Counted from the whole stretch's first letter, positions 1-13,019 are shown. The stretch: 63,766 bases of DNA, filler included, from Octopus bimaculoides (GCF_001194135.2; 5 parts of 5 records of this genome joined end to end with filler, not necessarily neighbours in it); one strand, 5' to 3'. Made by a program: numbers and translations. Notes: generated by a model from the letters alone, not told the origin.

Positions 1-247
1 ACATCACCATCGGTTGTCAAGTGATGTTGGGGGGACAAACACAGACGCACAAACATATACACGCACATACATATACATATATACGACGGGTTTCTTTCAG
101 TTTCCGTCTACCAAATCCACTCATAAGGCTTTGGTCAGCCCGAGGCTATAGTAGAAGACACTTGTCCAAGGTGCCACGCAGTAGGACTGAACCCAGAACC
201 ATGTGGTTGGTAAGGAAGCTACTTACCACACAGCCACTCCTACGCCT
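1..247 (-). mobile_element. tRNA-derived SINE, family 1 (5' head and body, cut by window edge)
   Basis: Minus strand starts AGGCGTAGGAGTGGCTGTGTGGTAAG (A-box-like) ... GGTTCAGTCC (B-box-like). The same sequence recurs many times in the window. Confidence 0.9.
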
Positions 248-472
248 ACATATATATATTCTTAAGGAGTTAAACGTGACCGTTGGTTTCGCACGTATAA
301 AGCGCTTAGCAGTAAAGGTGAATGCACGCGCGCACACACACACACATACATACATGCATTCAATTGATAGAAGGGAAAGATTCTGAAACTTGTATTTTTA
401 TTATTGGCGCTTATCAATTATCAATTCAGAGACGATACAACCTACAGCCAAAGAATAGGTAAAGAGTCTCTT

Positions 473-528
473 TTCATCACAAAATACTCCTTCATCACAA
501 AATACTCCTTCATCACAAAATACTCCTT
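473..528. repeat. 18-bp tandem repeat x3 (TTCATCACAAAATACTCC)
   Basis: Three perfect adjacent copies read directly. Confidence 0.95.
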
Positions 529-1399
529 CTGAACGCATCTACAACGAATGACATATCCACCACGACCTTAGAATAAAACACACACACACTCGACTAGCTA
601 TTATCCCTCTATCCTGCATTTTATTATAACTATTTCTCTACTTCTTCCCATCCCTTATCTTATTCATTTCCACCACTTCCTCCCTTACTTTAGTACTACT
701 ACTGCTGTTTAGAATAACACCTACGCAAACATTATAAACAATACAGATCACTACGACCATCAACAGGTCAATGTCAGGACACCCAACCAATTAACACTCT
801 GCTACTATCATAGCACTCCTTCGTCGAACCCACAAGAGTTAACAAGCGAAACAGAGACAGGCAGAAACAAGAAAAATGCCGCTGTTATTTGAATACTATA
901 CAAATATGTCTTTAAAAAGACTTTTCTTTTAAATTTACCAAAATATAATTTTTCAATAATTTTTTCAAAATTTATTATNNNNNNNNNNNNNNNNNNNNNN
1001 NNNNNNNNNNNNNNNNNNNNNNNNNNNNNNNNNNNNNNNNNNNNNNNNNNNNNNNNNNNNNNNNNNNNNNNNNNNNNNNNNNNNNNNNNNNNNNNNNNNN
1101 NNNNNNNNNNNNNNNNNNNNNNNNNNNNNNNNNNNNNNNNNNNNNNNNNNNNNNNNNNNNNNNNNNNNNNNNNNNNNNNNNNNNNNNNNNNNNNNNNNNN
1201 NNNNNATATATATATATATATATATATATACGGATACACATGCATGCGCTCACACACATTACATTACTTTCCCTCTCTCTGTGGAGTAAATATATGTAGT
1301 CATGGTATTGGCTGCGCCTCCAAGATGGCTGGAATTGAGACTGATAAGACATATGATTGGCTTGTTTCATTGTGCAAAACATTGGGAGTGGTAATCAGT

Positions 1400-2290
1400 A
1401 CGTGTCTGTTTCGTATACTTTAGGCCAGCGCATTGTTGGAGAAGTTTATACAATAATTGAGGGTATTATCTTCTGCGAAGAATATAATTTATCTCCTGAA
1501 AGAAGTCTATGTAGTCAAATTGAATATTGAGAAACGCCGGATTTGATACAGCGTAGTGCATACAAGGATATATAATCTGACAGGAAACATGCAATCCATG
1601 CTAGAAGAGACAACTGGAATCCAGATCGAGCAGTTTTGATAAACGTTTTGCATGCCAGAGACAGTCGACTCTTTGCTGATGATGAGATCCACAATATTGT
1701 TATCAAGATATGGATCAACTGTGAAGCACATTTTGGAGATTATCTCCAGTGGATTGATCTAGCTTTACGAAAGCTGTGCTGGTGGTTGTTAATAGCAGAT
1801 ATCAAGTTGTTGGAAAAACATTGTAACTGAAGTTTGTTTCCTTCTTTTGATATCAATTTCTATTGGATTGTTTCTGAAGATCAGTGTAGATCGAAATATA
1901 GGTATAAGTTGAAGTGTTAGACGACAATAGAGATTAGCTCTGACGCCCTTTTGATGTTAATAGGAGATATATTCGTGGTGGTGTCTAGACCTGGTTAATA
2001 TCACCAGGATTACGTTTGCAATTCATATGCGTGTTTGTCAATTTGATAAAGATGATGGATTTGAAGGTAGCAGGTTAAAAAGCAATGTGTCAAGCATATG
2101 CAGTGAGGTAGTGTATAGACGATTGTAAGTAAAGCTGGGAGTTTTATTTGCTGTATGGACATTGCCGCCGATTACGTCGTTGTCGAGAAATGTAGTATAC
2201 AATGTTTGTGGGTGGAAGCTTTTGGGGCGGCAAAACGTGATCGATGTGCCACAGCTTCGGCTACTTTGTGGAGAGGGTTCATTCAAGTAT
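1400..2290 (-). mobile_element. Decayed CR1/L2(jockey-group)-like LINE reverse transcriptase remnant
   Basis: Minus-strand translation across frameshifts gives NNLISAINNHQHSFRKARS, LLAWIACFLSD and IKSGVSQYSI, resembling the CR1/L2 RT motifs QHGFRK.RS, LL.WI..FLS.R and SGVPQGS. Confidence 0.6.
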
Positions 2291-2427
2291 TACACTAAAT
2301 AACCGGCATTTTGTGAACCGAGTGACTTCTACATATAGCTGTACACATACATGCATAGATACACACATACAAATACATACGTACGTATAAACATCCTCAG
2401 ATCTATTATATTTCAGATCTATTAGAG

Positions 2428-2568
2428 GCAAAACTAAGGCATGACGAGGATCTCAAGCCATTTAGAATAATTTAATTAGAGTAAGGTTCAAATTTAGACT
2501 TCAAATTCACCTTGAACTAATCAAATTATTCTAAATGAGTTGAGATACTCGTTCTGCTTTGGTTTTGC
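2428..2568. repeat. Imperfect inverted repeat (~60-bp arms, 21-nt spacer)
   Basis: 2428-2487 is the reverse complement of 2509-2568 with scattered mismatches. Confidence 0.9.
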
Positions 2569-2750
2569 TGTTACTTCTAATATAATATATACCCTCTATA
2601 ACGTAACCCTAATTCGAATCCCTAGATCTAGCCTCAGTTGTGAACTTGCAACACAACGGACGACCAGCTATAGCACTTGCTCAACGTACCTATTAGTTTA
2701 GATCACAAGTAAACTAAACTACTCATATTCTCTGTCTGTCTGTCTGTCTC

Positions 2751-2787
<37 letters not shown>

Positions 2788-3344
2788 NNNNNNNNNNNNN
2801 NNNNNNNNNNNNNNNNNNNNNNNNNNNNNNNNNNNNNNNNNNNNNNNNNNNNNNNNNNNNNNNNNNNNNNNNNNNNNNNNNNNNNNNNNNNNNNNNNNNN
2901 NNNNNNNNNNNNNNNNNNNNNNNNNNNNNNNNNNNNNNNNNNNNNNNNNNNNNNNNNNNNNNNNNNNNNNNNNNNNNNNNNNNNNNNNNNNNNNNNNNNN
3001 NNNNNNNNNNNNNNNNNNNNNNNNNNNNNNNNNNNNNNNNNNNNNNNNNNNNNNNNNNNNNNNNNNNNNNNNNNNNNNNNNNNNNNNNNNNNNNNNNNNN
3101 NNNNNNNNNNNNNNNNNNNNNNNNNNNNNNNNNNNNNNNNNNNNNNNNNNNNNNNNNNNNNNNNNNNNNNNNNNNNNNNNNNNNNNNNNNNNNNNNNNNN
3201 NNNNNNNNNCAACTCAATTGCTAATCCCTGTATATTTATAATGATAAATAGTCTTACCGATAAAGGTTTTTTCATACTGAACTACTTGGCAGAATTGTTA
3301 ATTATTAATTCTATTATTAATTGACGATTCTCTGCCCTTATTCT

Positions 3345-3382
<38 letters not shown>

Positions 3383-3408
3383 TACATATATGTATGTGTG
3401 TGTGTTTG

Positions 3409-3500
3409 TGTATCTGTGTTTTTGTTTTTACGCCTCCCTAATTTAGCCGTTCGGCAAAAAAGACCGATAGAATAAGTACTAGGCTTACAAGGAATAAATC
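3409..3500 (+). mobile_element. SINE family 1 internal fragment
   Basis: Matches the body of other copies (TTAGC.GTTCGGCAAAA.AGACCGATAGAATAAGTACTAGGCTTACAA.GAATAA). Confidence 0.75.
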
Positions 3501-4756
3501 CATAGAAATAAACTGAACGAAAACAAACATGGAGGGTTGTTAGACCAAAATGAGGGTAAAATAGTGAACGCTGGAGAAATAATTTCTTCGACAAGAGGAA
3601 ACAGAGAAGAGGACAATTGACGAAGGGTCGTTCTTTATGTTACTTGTCATGTTTTCCATTTGTTTCTCTCGTTGTTTGCGTATTCGACTTATTTGTTTTC
3701 ATATTGCATGTTGTTAACTGTTGGTGACGTCCCGTATCCATGTGTGTGTGTGTGTATGTGTTCGTGTGTGTGTATGTATGTATATATATGCATATATATT
3801 ATTTATATTTATATATGTATATGCATATAGATATATTATTTGTATTATATTTATATATGTGTATATATGTATGTATATTTATATGTTTGTATGCCTATAT
3901 GTATATATACATTTTTGTGTGAGAGAATGCGTGAGAGCGCAAGAGATCGAGATGAAAATTGAGATAGAGAAAGAGGGAGAAAGAGAAAGAGAAAGAGTGA
4001 GAGAGAGAGAGAGAGAGTGTGTGTGTGTGTGCATATGTGTTTGTCTGTGTATGCGTGTGTGTGTGTGTTGATGGAGTATAGTTAACGGCTCAAGATTACA
4101 TGTCATATTTAATCTTCCAGCTACATTTCAGATGCTAATTGCGAAAAGTAATTTAGCTGAATCATTAAAAGAACTTCACCCTTATTATTACGTAGTATGA
4201 AATACAATTTAAAAACAAATACTAGTTTCTATTTTTATTACGCTTGTTACTAATACCGTGTATATTAGTCTTAAGTATCGGCCAGTTTTAAATGTTTTAA
4301 GATTTGCCTATGCAAAATATATTAATTAAGAAGGTGGTAATCATTAATGATAAAGCTAGAGGGTCTTTCTTCATGGTAATGAAAGATATAGTAAATAGCG
4401 CAATAATGTGTAAAAAGTGCAGAAGACTTTGTAATAGTTTCAATATGATATACATATGTACATCTCGCTAACCTGTATTTAATATTCCGGTTGCTGTTGC
4501 TTGCTTATGAGACGGTAATGTGTTCGACTGCAGTCTCATCTAAATGTTTCAGTAATGGCTAGGAAGACGTAATGTCTAAGAAAAAATGCCGAAAATTTCA
4601 CGTCGCTAAAGCCTTGATTTCTTTCCCTTCACATTTTACCTTCTTTAAGTGTTATTAGGGACAGCTAAGATACTTAGAGGTGTTCTTGGCATCTAAGGTT
4701 ACTTGTAGTTCGATTTTAAGAATGTTGTGTGTATATGAATAATAATAATAATAAAA

Positions 4757-6713
4757 ATATGAATAACAATATGAATAAAAAATGCCAATAAAGATATCAA
4801 TTGCAGCATTTCTAAGGTAATTCACTTTCATCTCTAATGTTTTACGTAGTCGTAATATCCCTTCCAATTAAATTTAACAGAACAGAGTTTGGGTATAAAA
4901 TTGGCGACAAGAAATAAGTCATCTATCAAGTCATCTAGATGACTTTAAACTTTATGGAAAAGACGATAATGAGCTTGAAGAACTACTACGTACTCTGAAA
5001 GCATTCAGTGATGACATCAGGATGGAATTTGGTGTTGATAAATGTGCCAAGGCCACTTTCCAGAAAGTGAAATTGAAGACATTTGAAGATGTCGACAAAG
5101 TTTTAAAAGAACTCGAGAAGGAAGAAGCTTACAAATACGTGGGAATAAATAAGGAATAAATAAGGAATAAATAAGGAATAAATAAGGCATTCAAGCATGA
5201 AAGAAAAGATCGGGAAGGAATGTTACAGGAGAGTTCGAGCAGTCCTAAAATCCGAGTTAAATGCACGTGACAAGGTGTTAGCTATAAATTCCTTAGCAGT
5301 TCCGGTTGTTATTTATAGTTTCAATGTATTGAACTGGAATATGAGCAAAATATTGAAGATTGAGAGGAAATGAGTAAGCTGCTGACTTGCAATAAGATGC
5401 ACCACCCAAAGCAGCTACAGATCAGCTTTACCTTCTCAGAGCTCAAAGAGGTCGAGGCTTGATCCAATTTGAAATCTCTTACAAAACCACAACAGTTGGA
5501 CTAGCAAAATCTCTTGAAACATCTAACGATTGGATACTGATGCTGGTTGAAAACCACGGGAGACGTAATAAGTATCATTCTGTTATGAAGGAGAGCAAAA
5601 TAATTTCGAGTGATTTTATGCATAATACCCAGTTTGAACAGCATGACGGAAGTGCAGCAACTGTAATTGCAAAGACGGTGAAATCAATGGCAAAGCAAAA
5701 TACCTTGGAACAATTGACTGATAGGTGGGAACAAAAACTCTCATAGCAGATATGTGGCCCGTAGCAAGGAACCTGAGGCAGACGAGAAGCACATCCATCA
5801 GTGACTACTGAGCTCAGGGCTAAAAGCAGAAAGTGGAGGCTTTATCTTGTTTGCCCAAGATCAGAGCTTATTGAATTTGAACTATCAAGCCAATATGATG
5901 AAAAATGGAATAGACCCAAAGTGCCGATAGTGCAACTATGGGGTAGAAACATTAAACTACCTAATCTCTGGTTGTAAGGTTTTAGTACCTGTCGAGTTAA
6001 ATCAAGACATGACATAGTTGGCCAACATCTACATTGGATAATATGTTGGCATTATAAAGTCAAAGCTGCTGACACATGGTACAGGCACCACCCTGAGGTT
6101 GTAACTGAGGGAGAAAATTTAACTATTCTTTGGGACTTTCCAGTATGTACAGACCGGACCATCAAAGCAAATAAACTAGATAGTGTTGTAAAAGGCCAAA
6201 ACAATAAAATCTGTTTATTGATTGACATGAGCATACACTCTGAGCATAATATCTTCGCAAAGGAATTTGATAAGCTCAGAAAAATAACGATTTGGTAATT
6301 CAAATCGAAAAGATGTGGCATCTCAAGACGCAACCAATACCAGTGATTGTAGGAGCACTGGGAATGATAAAAAAAGAAGCAGAAAATTATTTAAGAATGA
6401 TCCCTAGTTTTCCACCCATGCAGGACGTGCAAACGATTGTCTTAAGTAGTACAACACACGAGAAGATCATCGTCGCCGTGAATTTTCTTTTGTTTTTTTT
6501 GCCCTTTATTTTCGTTAACTTATTTCATTTTTTACTTTTTCATTTTTTCTCTCTGTCTTTTGTCCCCTTTTTCTCTATCACGTGACTTTGTAAATGAATG
6601 ATCTGGTGTATTTATTTTAATAGTCTACCAATGGATGCAGGAAGACAGTGGGCAAGAAATGGAAAGAGAATTGAAAGAATATGATGATGATGATAATAAT
6701 AATAATAATAATT

Positions 6714-6751
<38 letters not shown>
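4757..6751 (+). mobile_element. 5'-truncated R4/Dong-type non-LTR retrotransposon (RT C-half, CCHC knuckle, restriction-like endonuclease), pseudogenised
   Basis: Translation across stops/frameshifts: DINCSI..GNSLSSLMF, EFGYKIGDKK..DDFKLYGKDDNELEELLRTLKAFSDDIRMEFGVDKCAKATF, PKCR*CNYGVETLNYLISGC, WYRHHPEVVTEGENLTILWDFPV, LLIDMS, IEKMWHLKTQPIPVIVGALGMIKK. Ends in an (AAT)n tail at ~6694-6751. Confidence 0.9.
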
Positions 6752-6752
<1 letters not shown>

Positions 6753-6814
6753 GCACCGGGCTGAATAACAGATAGCACCGGGCTGAATAACAGATAGCAC
6801 CGGGCTGAATAACA
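6751..6814. repeat. 22-bp tandem repeat x~3 (TAGCACCGGGCTGAATAACAGA)
   Basis: Read directly. No spacers between units. Confidence 0.95.
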
Positions 6815-7012
6815 ACATGGATGTGCTACACCGGGCTCCCTATACAAAAACATATCTAATCCAATAACATCGATGGAATTAGCCAAAAGAACCGGTGGAA
6901 GATTTGAAGGAAGCGGTCTTTTAACGAAGATAATTTTTTTAAGAATATTTTTTATTCTTAAAAAATGAAATTTCACTGCAATACAAAGCACAGGACCTCC
7001 TATGCACGATGT

Positions 7013-7112
7013 NNNNNNNNNNNNNNNNNNNNNNNNNNNNNNNNNNNNNNNNNNNNTTAATTAATTAANNNNNNNNNNNNNNNNNNNNNNNNNNNNNNNN
7101 NNNNNNNNNNNN
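7013..7112. other. Artificial scaffold linker 44N-TTAATTAATTAA-44N
   Basis: Exact 100-nt symmetric layout. The 12-mer has stops in all six frames. The layout recurs four times. Confidence 0.95.
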
Positions 7113-7156
<44 letters not shown>

Positions 7157-7189
7157 TGTCCCCCACCATCACTTGACAACCGATGTTGG

Positions 7190-7456
7190 TGCACCGCCTT
7201 CAGTCGAACAAATTGACCCCAGGACTTATTCTTTGTAAGCCTAGTACTTATTCTATCGGTGTATTTTGCCGAAGCGCTAAGATACGGGGACGTAAACACA
7301 CTAGCATCGGTTGTCAAGCGATTGTAGGGGGACAAACACAGACACACACACACACACACATATAGCTATAGTAAAAGACAGTTGCCCAAGGTGCCACGCA
7401 GTGGAACTGAACCCGTAACCATGTGGTTGGTAAGTAAGCTACTTACCACATAGCCA
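7190..7456 (-). mobile_element. SINE family 1 copy, internally deleted, with an inverted fragment at 7155-7192
   Basis: Homology to the copies at 1-247 and 37348-37743. Confidence 0.85.
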
Positions 7457-7788
7457 AGAAACATAGAATATGTGTATATAATACAGAGTACAAGAGAAAA
7501 CTATAAGGAGTGCACAACGACTTAGAAAATTACTATTTTTAAATCTCACAACAAGAGATATTCAGCAACAGTACTTTGGAATAATGACTGTTTGCCAACA
7601 TAACATGGCAGTCCTGGTTTAGGACGAATGTTGCTGTAATTTAGCCCCAAGAGACATCGTCTCCAGCTGGCTATACGACACGATTTGTGTCCTTATATTT
7701 TCGAACAAGGGAATCTAGCACCCCCACTCAGTTCATATTAATATCTGTGTATCGTGATTTCCGGGTTATTTCCCTTCATCAACACAGA

Positions 7789-7860
7789 ATGCGGGGACGT
7801 AAACACACCAGCATCGGTTGTCAAGCGATGGTAGGGAGACAAACACAGACACACACAGAC
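7789..7860 (-). mobile_element. SINE family 1 fragment
   Basis: GGGGACGTAAACACACCAGCATCGGTTGTCAAGCGATG matches other copies. Confidence 0.8.
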
Positions 7861-8297
7861 ACAGATACACATATAAATTACAGCAACATTTGCCCTAAAC
7901 CTGTCGTGTTATGTTGGCAAAAATCTTTGCACAAAGACTGAGTTTGACTTAAGCACGTAGCTTAAATTCTGCACTATTTCGAAACAATTCGTCGTGGATT
8001 TTATTATTGTTAAACAAAATTTCAACAAACTGTTTCTCTGTCACCCATGATTTCACACTATCTCCCCATACACATGTTATTATATATATACATATATATA
8101 TATATTCACTTGCTCATCTGTACATATCTTCGTAGTAATGCATGGACATATAGGTGCTCACAGCTACATAAACAGTCTTAAGTAGCTATTTTATGGTTGT
8201 TAAGTATACATGTTATACACACACACCTAAGCATTTATTTGCATGCGTGTGTGTGTGTGTGTCTACAAATATATATATATGTAAATATGATTAAAGG

Positions 8298-8331
<34 letters not shown>

Positions 8332-8641
8332 GACACACACAGACGCATATATATGATTATATACACTCATTTACAGCACATAGGTACACCTATACAACGT
8401 GCCATTATAGACATTGTTTCGCTTCAATGGATAGGAATAAATTTCATTGTAAGCTTTAAACATACATGTGTGTGTATACGTGTGTGTGTGCGTGTGTGTC
8501 TGTGTGTGTGTGTGTGTCTGTGTCTGCGATTACAATATCTATATACGCATTAAATGTGAAGTGTGTATAAAATTTATACTGAAATGGTTTATATTATCGA
8601 TGGCGGTTGAATCGGTATAATCTGTGTGCTTNNNNNNNNNN

Positions 8642-8691
<50 letters not shown>

Positions 8692-8970
8692 TGTTGTGTA
8701 TGTGTGTGTGTGTGTATGTGTGTGCGTGTGTGTGTGTATGGGTGTGTGGTGTTGTGTATGGAATAGAGTTAGTAGTGGTGGTATTGGAGATGGCGGTGTC
8801 TGGACATGTATGCCGTCGGTGTACGTGTGTTTGCAGCGCGTGTCGTGTTTGCGTTGGTATGTATATAACCACACACACACGCACGCACACACACACACAC
8901 ACACATATACATAAATAAATGCATACATAGAAACATATATATATACATGCATATATATGTATACATATAT

Positions 8971-9320
8971 CAGGCTCAGGTGTGGCTGTGTGGTAAGAGG
9001 CTTGCTTACCAGTGACATGGTTCCAGGTTCAGTCCCACTGCGTGGCACCTTTGGCAAATGTCTTCTACTATATATATGTATATATGTATATATCTATGTG
9101 TGTATATCTTTGTGTGTCCGTGTTTGTCTCCTCACCATCACTTCACAACCCATGTCGGTGTGTTTACGTCACAGTAAACTAGCGGTTCAGCAAGAGAGAT
9201 CGATGAAATGAGAACTAGGCTTACAAAGAATAAGTTCTGGGGTCGATTTGTCCGACTAACTTAGGCGCTCCAGGATGGCCGCAGTCAAGACACTGAACCC
9301 AATAAAATAATAAAAGAATA
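8971..9320 (+). mobile_element. SINE family 1, near full length
   Basis: Head GTGGCTGTGTGGTAAG...GGTTCAGTCC, internal (TA)/(TG) tract, and 3' body matching other copies. Confidence 0.9.
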
Positions 9321-9512
9321 TACACACACATACATAGATACGTGTATACATGCTTGCATATATGCTTGTATATACGCTTGTATATACATATATTGTGTTA
9401 TACGACTTTATATTAGTAACGTGTGTGTATTCACACACTCAATCACACACACACACATATATACATTATTTGTGTGTACGCGTGTGTGTGTGTGCATGTG
9501 CAGACAGCTGGT

Positions 9513-9551
<39 letters not shown>

Positions 9552-9629
9552 GGAAATGAGCTTAGAAGCATGCGTTTATTCTATGGTAGTACATAATCCC
9601 TTTCTCTGTCTCTTTTTGTTTGTATATTC

Positions 9630-9702
<73 letters not shown>

Positions 9703-10815
9703 CGTATATACATGGATGTGTGTGTGCGTGTATGGGGTTGTTTGACGCTGGTTGGTTTTATTGTATTCTAAGTTGTATGGAAAATAGGATTGATCCAATT
9801 TGTAAGTGTCTAAAGGCTCCACATGGCCAGTTCCAGGTGGTTGAACAACAAATCTGGGACATGCTTCGATTCTGAGCAACAATGAAGCGCACTCCAACCC
9901 ACCTCATTAAAGACATGTTCACTTCAAGTTGCTCTCTCTATTTACTACATAACACACATACACACACACGACGCGCACATACGTACACACATATGTAGAA
10001 GATTATAGATGTATATATGTATATNNNNNNNNNNNNNNNNNNNNNNNNNNNNNNNNNNNNNNNNNNNNNNNNNNNNNNNNNNNNNNNNNNNNNNNNNNNN
10101 NNNNNNNNNNNNNNNNNNNNNNNNNNNNNNNNNNNNNNNNNNNNNNNNNNNNNNNNNNNNNNNNNNNNNNNNNNNNNNNNNNNNNNNNNNNNNNNNNNNN
10201 NNNTATATATTGCGTGGACCATGTCCATGGTGGTGGGGGCCTGCTTTCACAGGCTGTTTTTATCGATCATATGGATCAATATTCATTTCAGACAAGTTAA
10301 TTACTTTATTGATTTCTCCTGTATCGAACGGCTAAGTCAACTCAAGTTTTGACGTGAAGTTCCGTGACTTGTCGCACCGATACACACATCTCTCTCCCCT
10401 CTCACACAAACACAAGTGTACACACTCATTCAAACACACACACTCTCTCTCTCTCTCACACACACACACACGCACACACACACACACACACACACAGACA
10501 CACACACACAAAGAGTATTCATCTAGATTAGCTCTCAATGTAAGAGCTCAAATCATAGAACATATACAATATATCGCTCACGTGACCTCTTTCAGTAAAG
10601 CTTGATTGGACAGAGAGAAGATACAGCTTCTCTCTCATCCTGTTCATGTTGATGTTGCTGCTGCTGTCGTTGTTGTTGTAATTGTTTTTCTAGTTTTAAT
10701 TGTTGTTGTTGTAGTCTTCTTGGTCATCGTTTTTGTTGTTGTTAAACCACAAGTTAGCTTTGACCAAATTGGCCTAATCAGCACCTGGTCCCGTCCATTA
10801 TTTTCCAGTGCATAC

Positions 10816-10860
10816 AAGGCGGCAAGCCGGCAGAATCGTTAGCACGCCGGCCGAAATACT
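10816..10860 (+). mobile_element. Truncated head of SINE family 3
   Basis: AAGGCGGCAAGCCGGCAGAATCGTTAGCACGCCGG matches the heads at 13493, 44054 and 54026. Confidence 0.75.
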
Positions 10861-10864
10861 CAAC

Positions 10865-10922
10865 ACAATGGCCCAGTGGTTAGGGCAGCCGACTCGCGGT
10901 CGTACAATCGCGGTTTCGATTT
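10865..10922 (+). mobile_element. Truncated tRNA-like head of SINE family 2
   Basis: TGGCCCAGTGGTTAGGGCAGC.GACTCGCGGTC...GGTTTCGATT is shared with the copy at 46087. Confidence 0.8.
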
Positions 10923-11150
10923 GCAAAATGAGCATGCTCAATTCCTTAGTGATACATTAAAGAAACGTATTCCGGATATCGAAAGTGTACAATACAGTAT
11001 ACCTTATACTTACATCAATATAAGACACACCTTAGTTACTGTGCAGATTCATAATCTCAAATCGGTTGCTTAGCTACTAGCACAGCACTAGGAACGATCA
11101 ATTTGGCGATGACCTTGTTTGTAGTGATTGCATAAAGGTATAAACGATTA

Positions 11151-11342
11151 CAGGTAAGTTTGCCACTATCAGTTCACCGCAGGAAAAGTTCACTGCCATG
11201 AATTCATCGTGAACAAAGTTCACCGTGAGTAAAGTTTACGGACAAAATATATTCATAGTATTTCAACAATAATAGTTAAAAACTACTTTATTGAAAAAAA
11301 CCCCACAATAACAAAACAAACAAAGGACGGTGAACTTACCGG
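11151..11342. mobile_element. Possible MITE with short imperfect TIRs and internal AGTTCACCG-like repeats
   Basis: Left end CAGGTAAGTT and right end AACTTACCGG. About five degenerate AGTTCACCG motifs lie inside. No clear target-site duplication. Confidence 0.35.
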
Positions 11343-12732
11343 GTCTGGCTATACACTATGCATCTGCGGATAGACAAGGTCTAAAACCGTACCTATTACA
11401 TATTCGTTAACTTTTGTTGTCTGGATGTATGGCCACTGCCAGCTAGCTCCATAAGTTTAGCTATAGATATATATCGACTAAGAGATCGTAATTGTAATTA
11501 GCATGAGGTCTATACCATTAATTGCAATTTGCTTTGTATTCTGGGCGGCTTTATACAATTCCAACAGGATATACGTCTTTCAAAGAATTGTATCCATCAT
11601 TTAAATATCATTTAGGGACTGAATTTTCTTTTAGTTCTTATCTTTTTTCGTTCAAGGTGTTATTTTCATCCTTAAAGGTATTTCGTCATGTTTTAATTAC
11701 CTTTCATTAAATCTTTACCATTTATCCAATAAATAAATAAATAAATAAATAAATAAATATATGAAAATCTCTCAACGTTTCGTGCTGTTTTGATTTTGTT
11801 TTCATTCTCACATGGAAATTGCGTCTCCCGGAATGTCGATAAGTCGATAACGGAGTTTTCCGATTGAAAGGAAAAAGCAAAACTTCCCAACTTTAAAAGT
11901 TTGTAACTTTGCTATTAATGTAAAAATGATTGAAAGTTTGGCAATTAGCATGCAGAACTACATTAGTGTAGAAAATTTTAACAAAATCGGACATTTCAAA
12001 CGAAAAGGATAAGATCCTATCGTTTAATAATTCCCCAAAATTCTGATGTCCTTAGAGAAATCACCAACACTACTTTGATGTCTACAAACGAAGTTATTGA
12101 AGAAGATGATAGAAAAAATTCTCTTGCAGGTCTTAAAAATCATGTTGCTTCGAAATGGTACAAAATCTTATATATCTAAAAGACTTTTATCAGAAAATAT
12201 TCAAAATATCTGAGCGATTTCAAAACTGTAAAATTAGAAATGAAATCTTTTTTAAGAATACGTTTCTATAAAGCTAGGGTCCATTCTGCAAAATATTAGA
12301 ACTCTCGTCTCTACAACTGTATAGAAACATATCGATAATTTTTTGAATAAATTACCAGATCAATGTTCTATCACCGATTTGAAAATTAACAATTTTATTT
12401 TCACCAAATTCTAAATCATGTTACAATTTCTGTAAAGTGTTCTAATCAAAATAATATCGATTATTCCTAATCTAACAGCACGGCCAAACCGATAGATCCT
12501 TATCAAAGACAGACTTGATTGCTGCATTTCCGCCGCCGACACTGCCACCTCTGCCCGTCCGCCTCCTTAACATTTATACGTCCTTGATCCATTGTTTGGT
12601 TCAATACAGATTGGAATAATGAATTTGTTTGTTGGAATAATGGAATAATGGAATAAATTAAATTCAATTGAAAATATCGAATTCATATAGAAAGAATATG
12701 CACAAGTTTCCAGAAAAAAAAAACACCCGACA

Positions 12733-12782
<50 letters not shown>

Positions 12783-13019
12783 GTTTGTGTGTGTGTGAAG
12801 TTATTGGGAAAAAATTTCATTTGAAATACGAGCTTAATATAATGAATTAATGATGTTCTTGTCACAATATTGTGTCAAATGTAAGGTTTAAGCCGCAAAG
12901 ATATTTATTATTCAGGCATTCATATAGCCATGGGTATTTGGAATATTATAACAAGATGCAGACTTGAGATCTCACCCGTTAACATATTATCTATGATTAG
13001 AAAATTTAACATCGACCTA

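Noticed and set aside
6751-6814. CRISPR-like array
   Set aside because: The repeats are contiguous with no spacers, there are no cas genes, and the context is eukaryotic.
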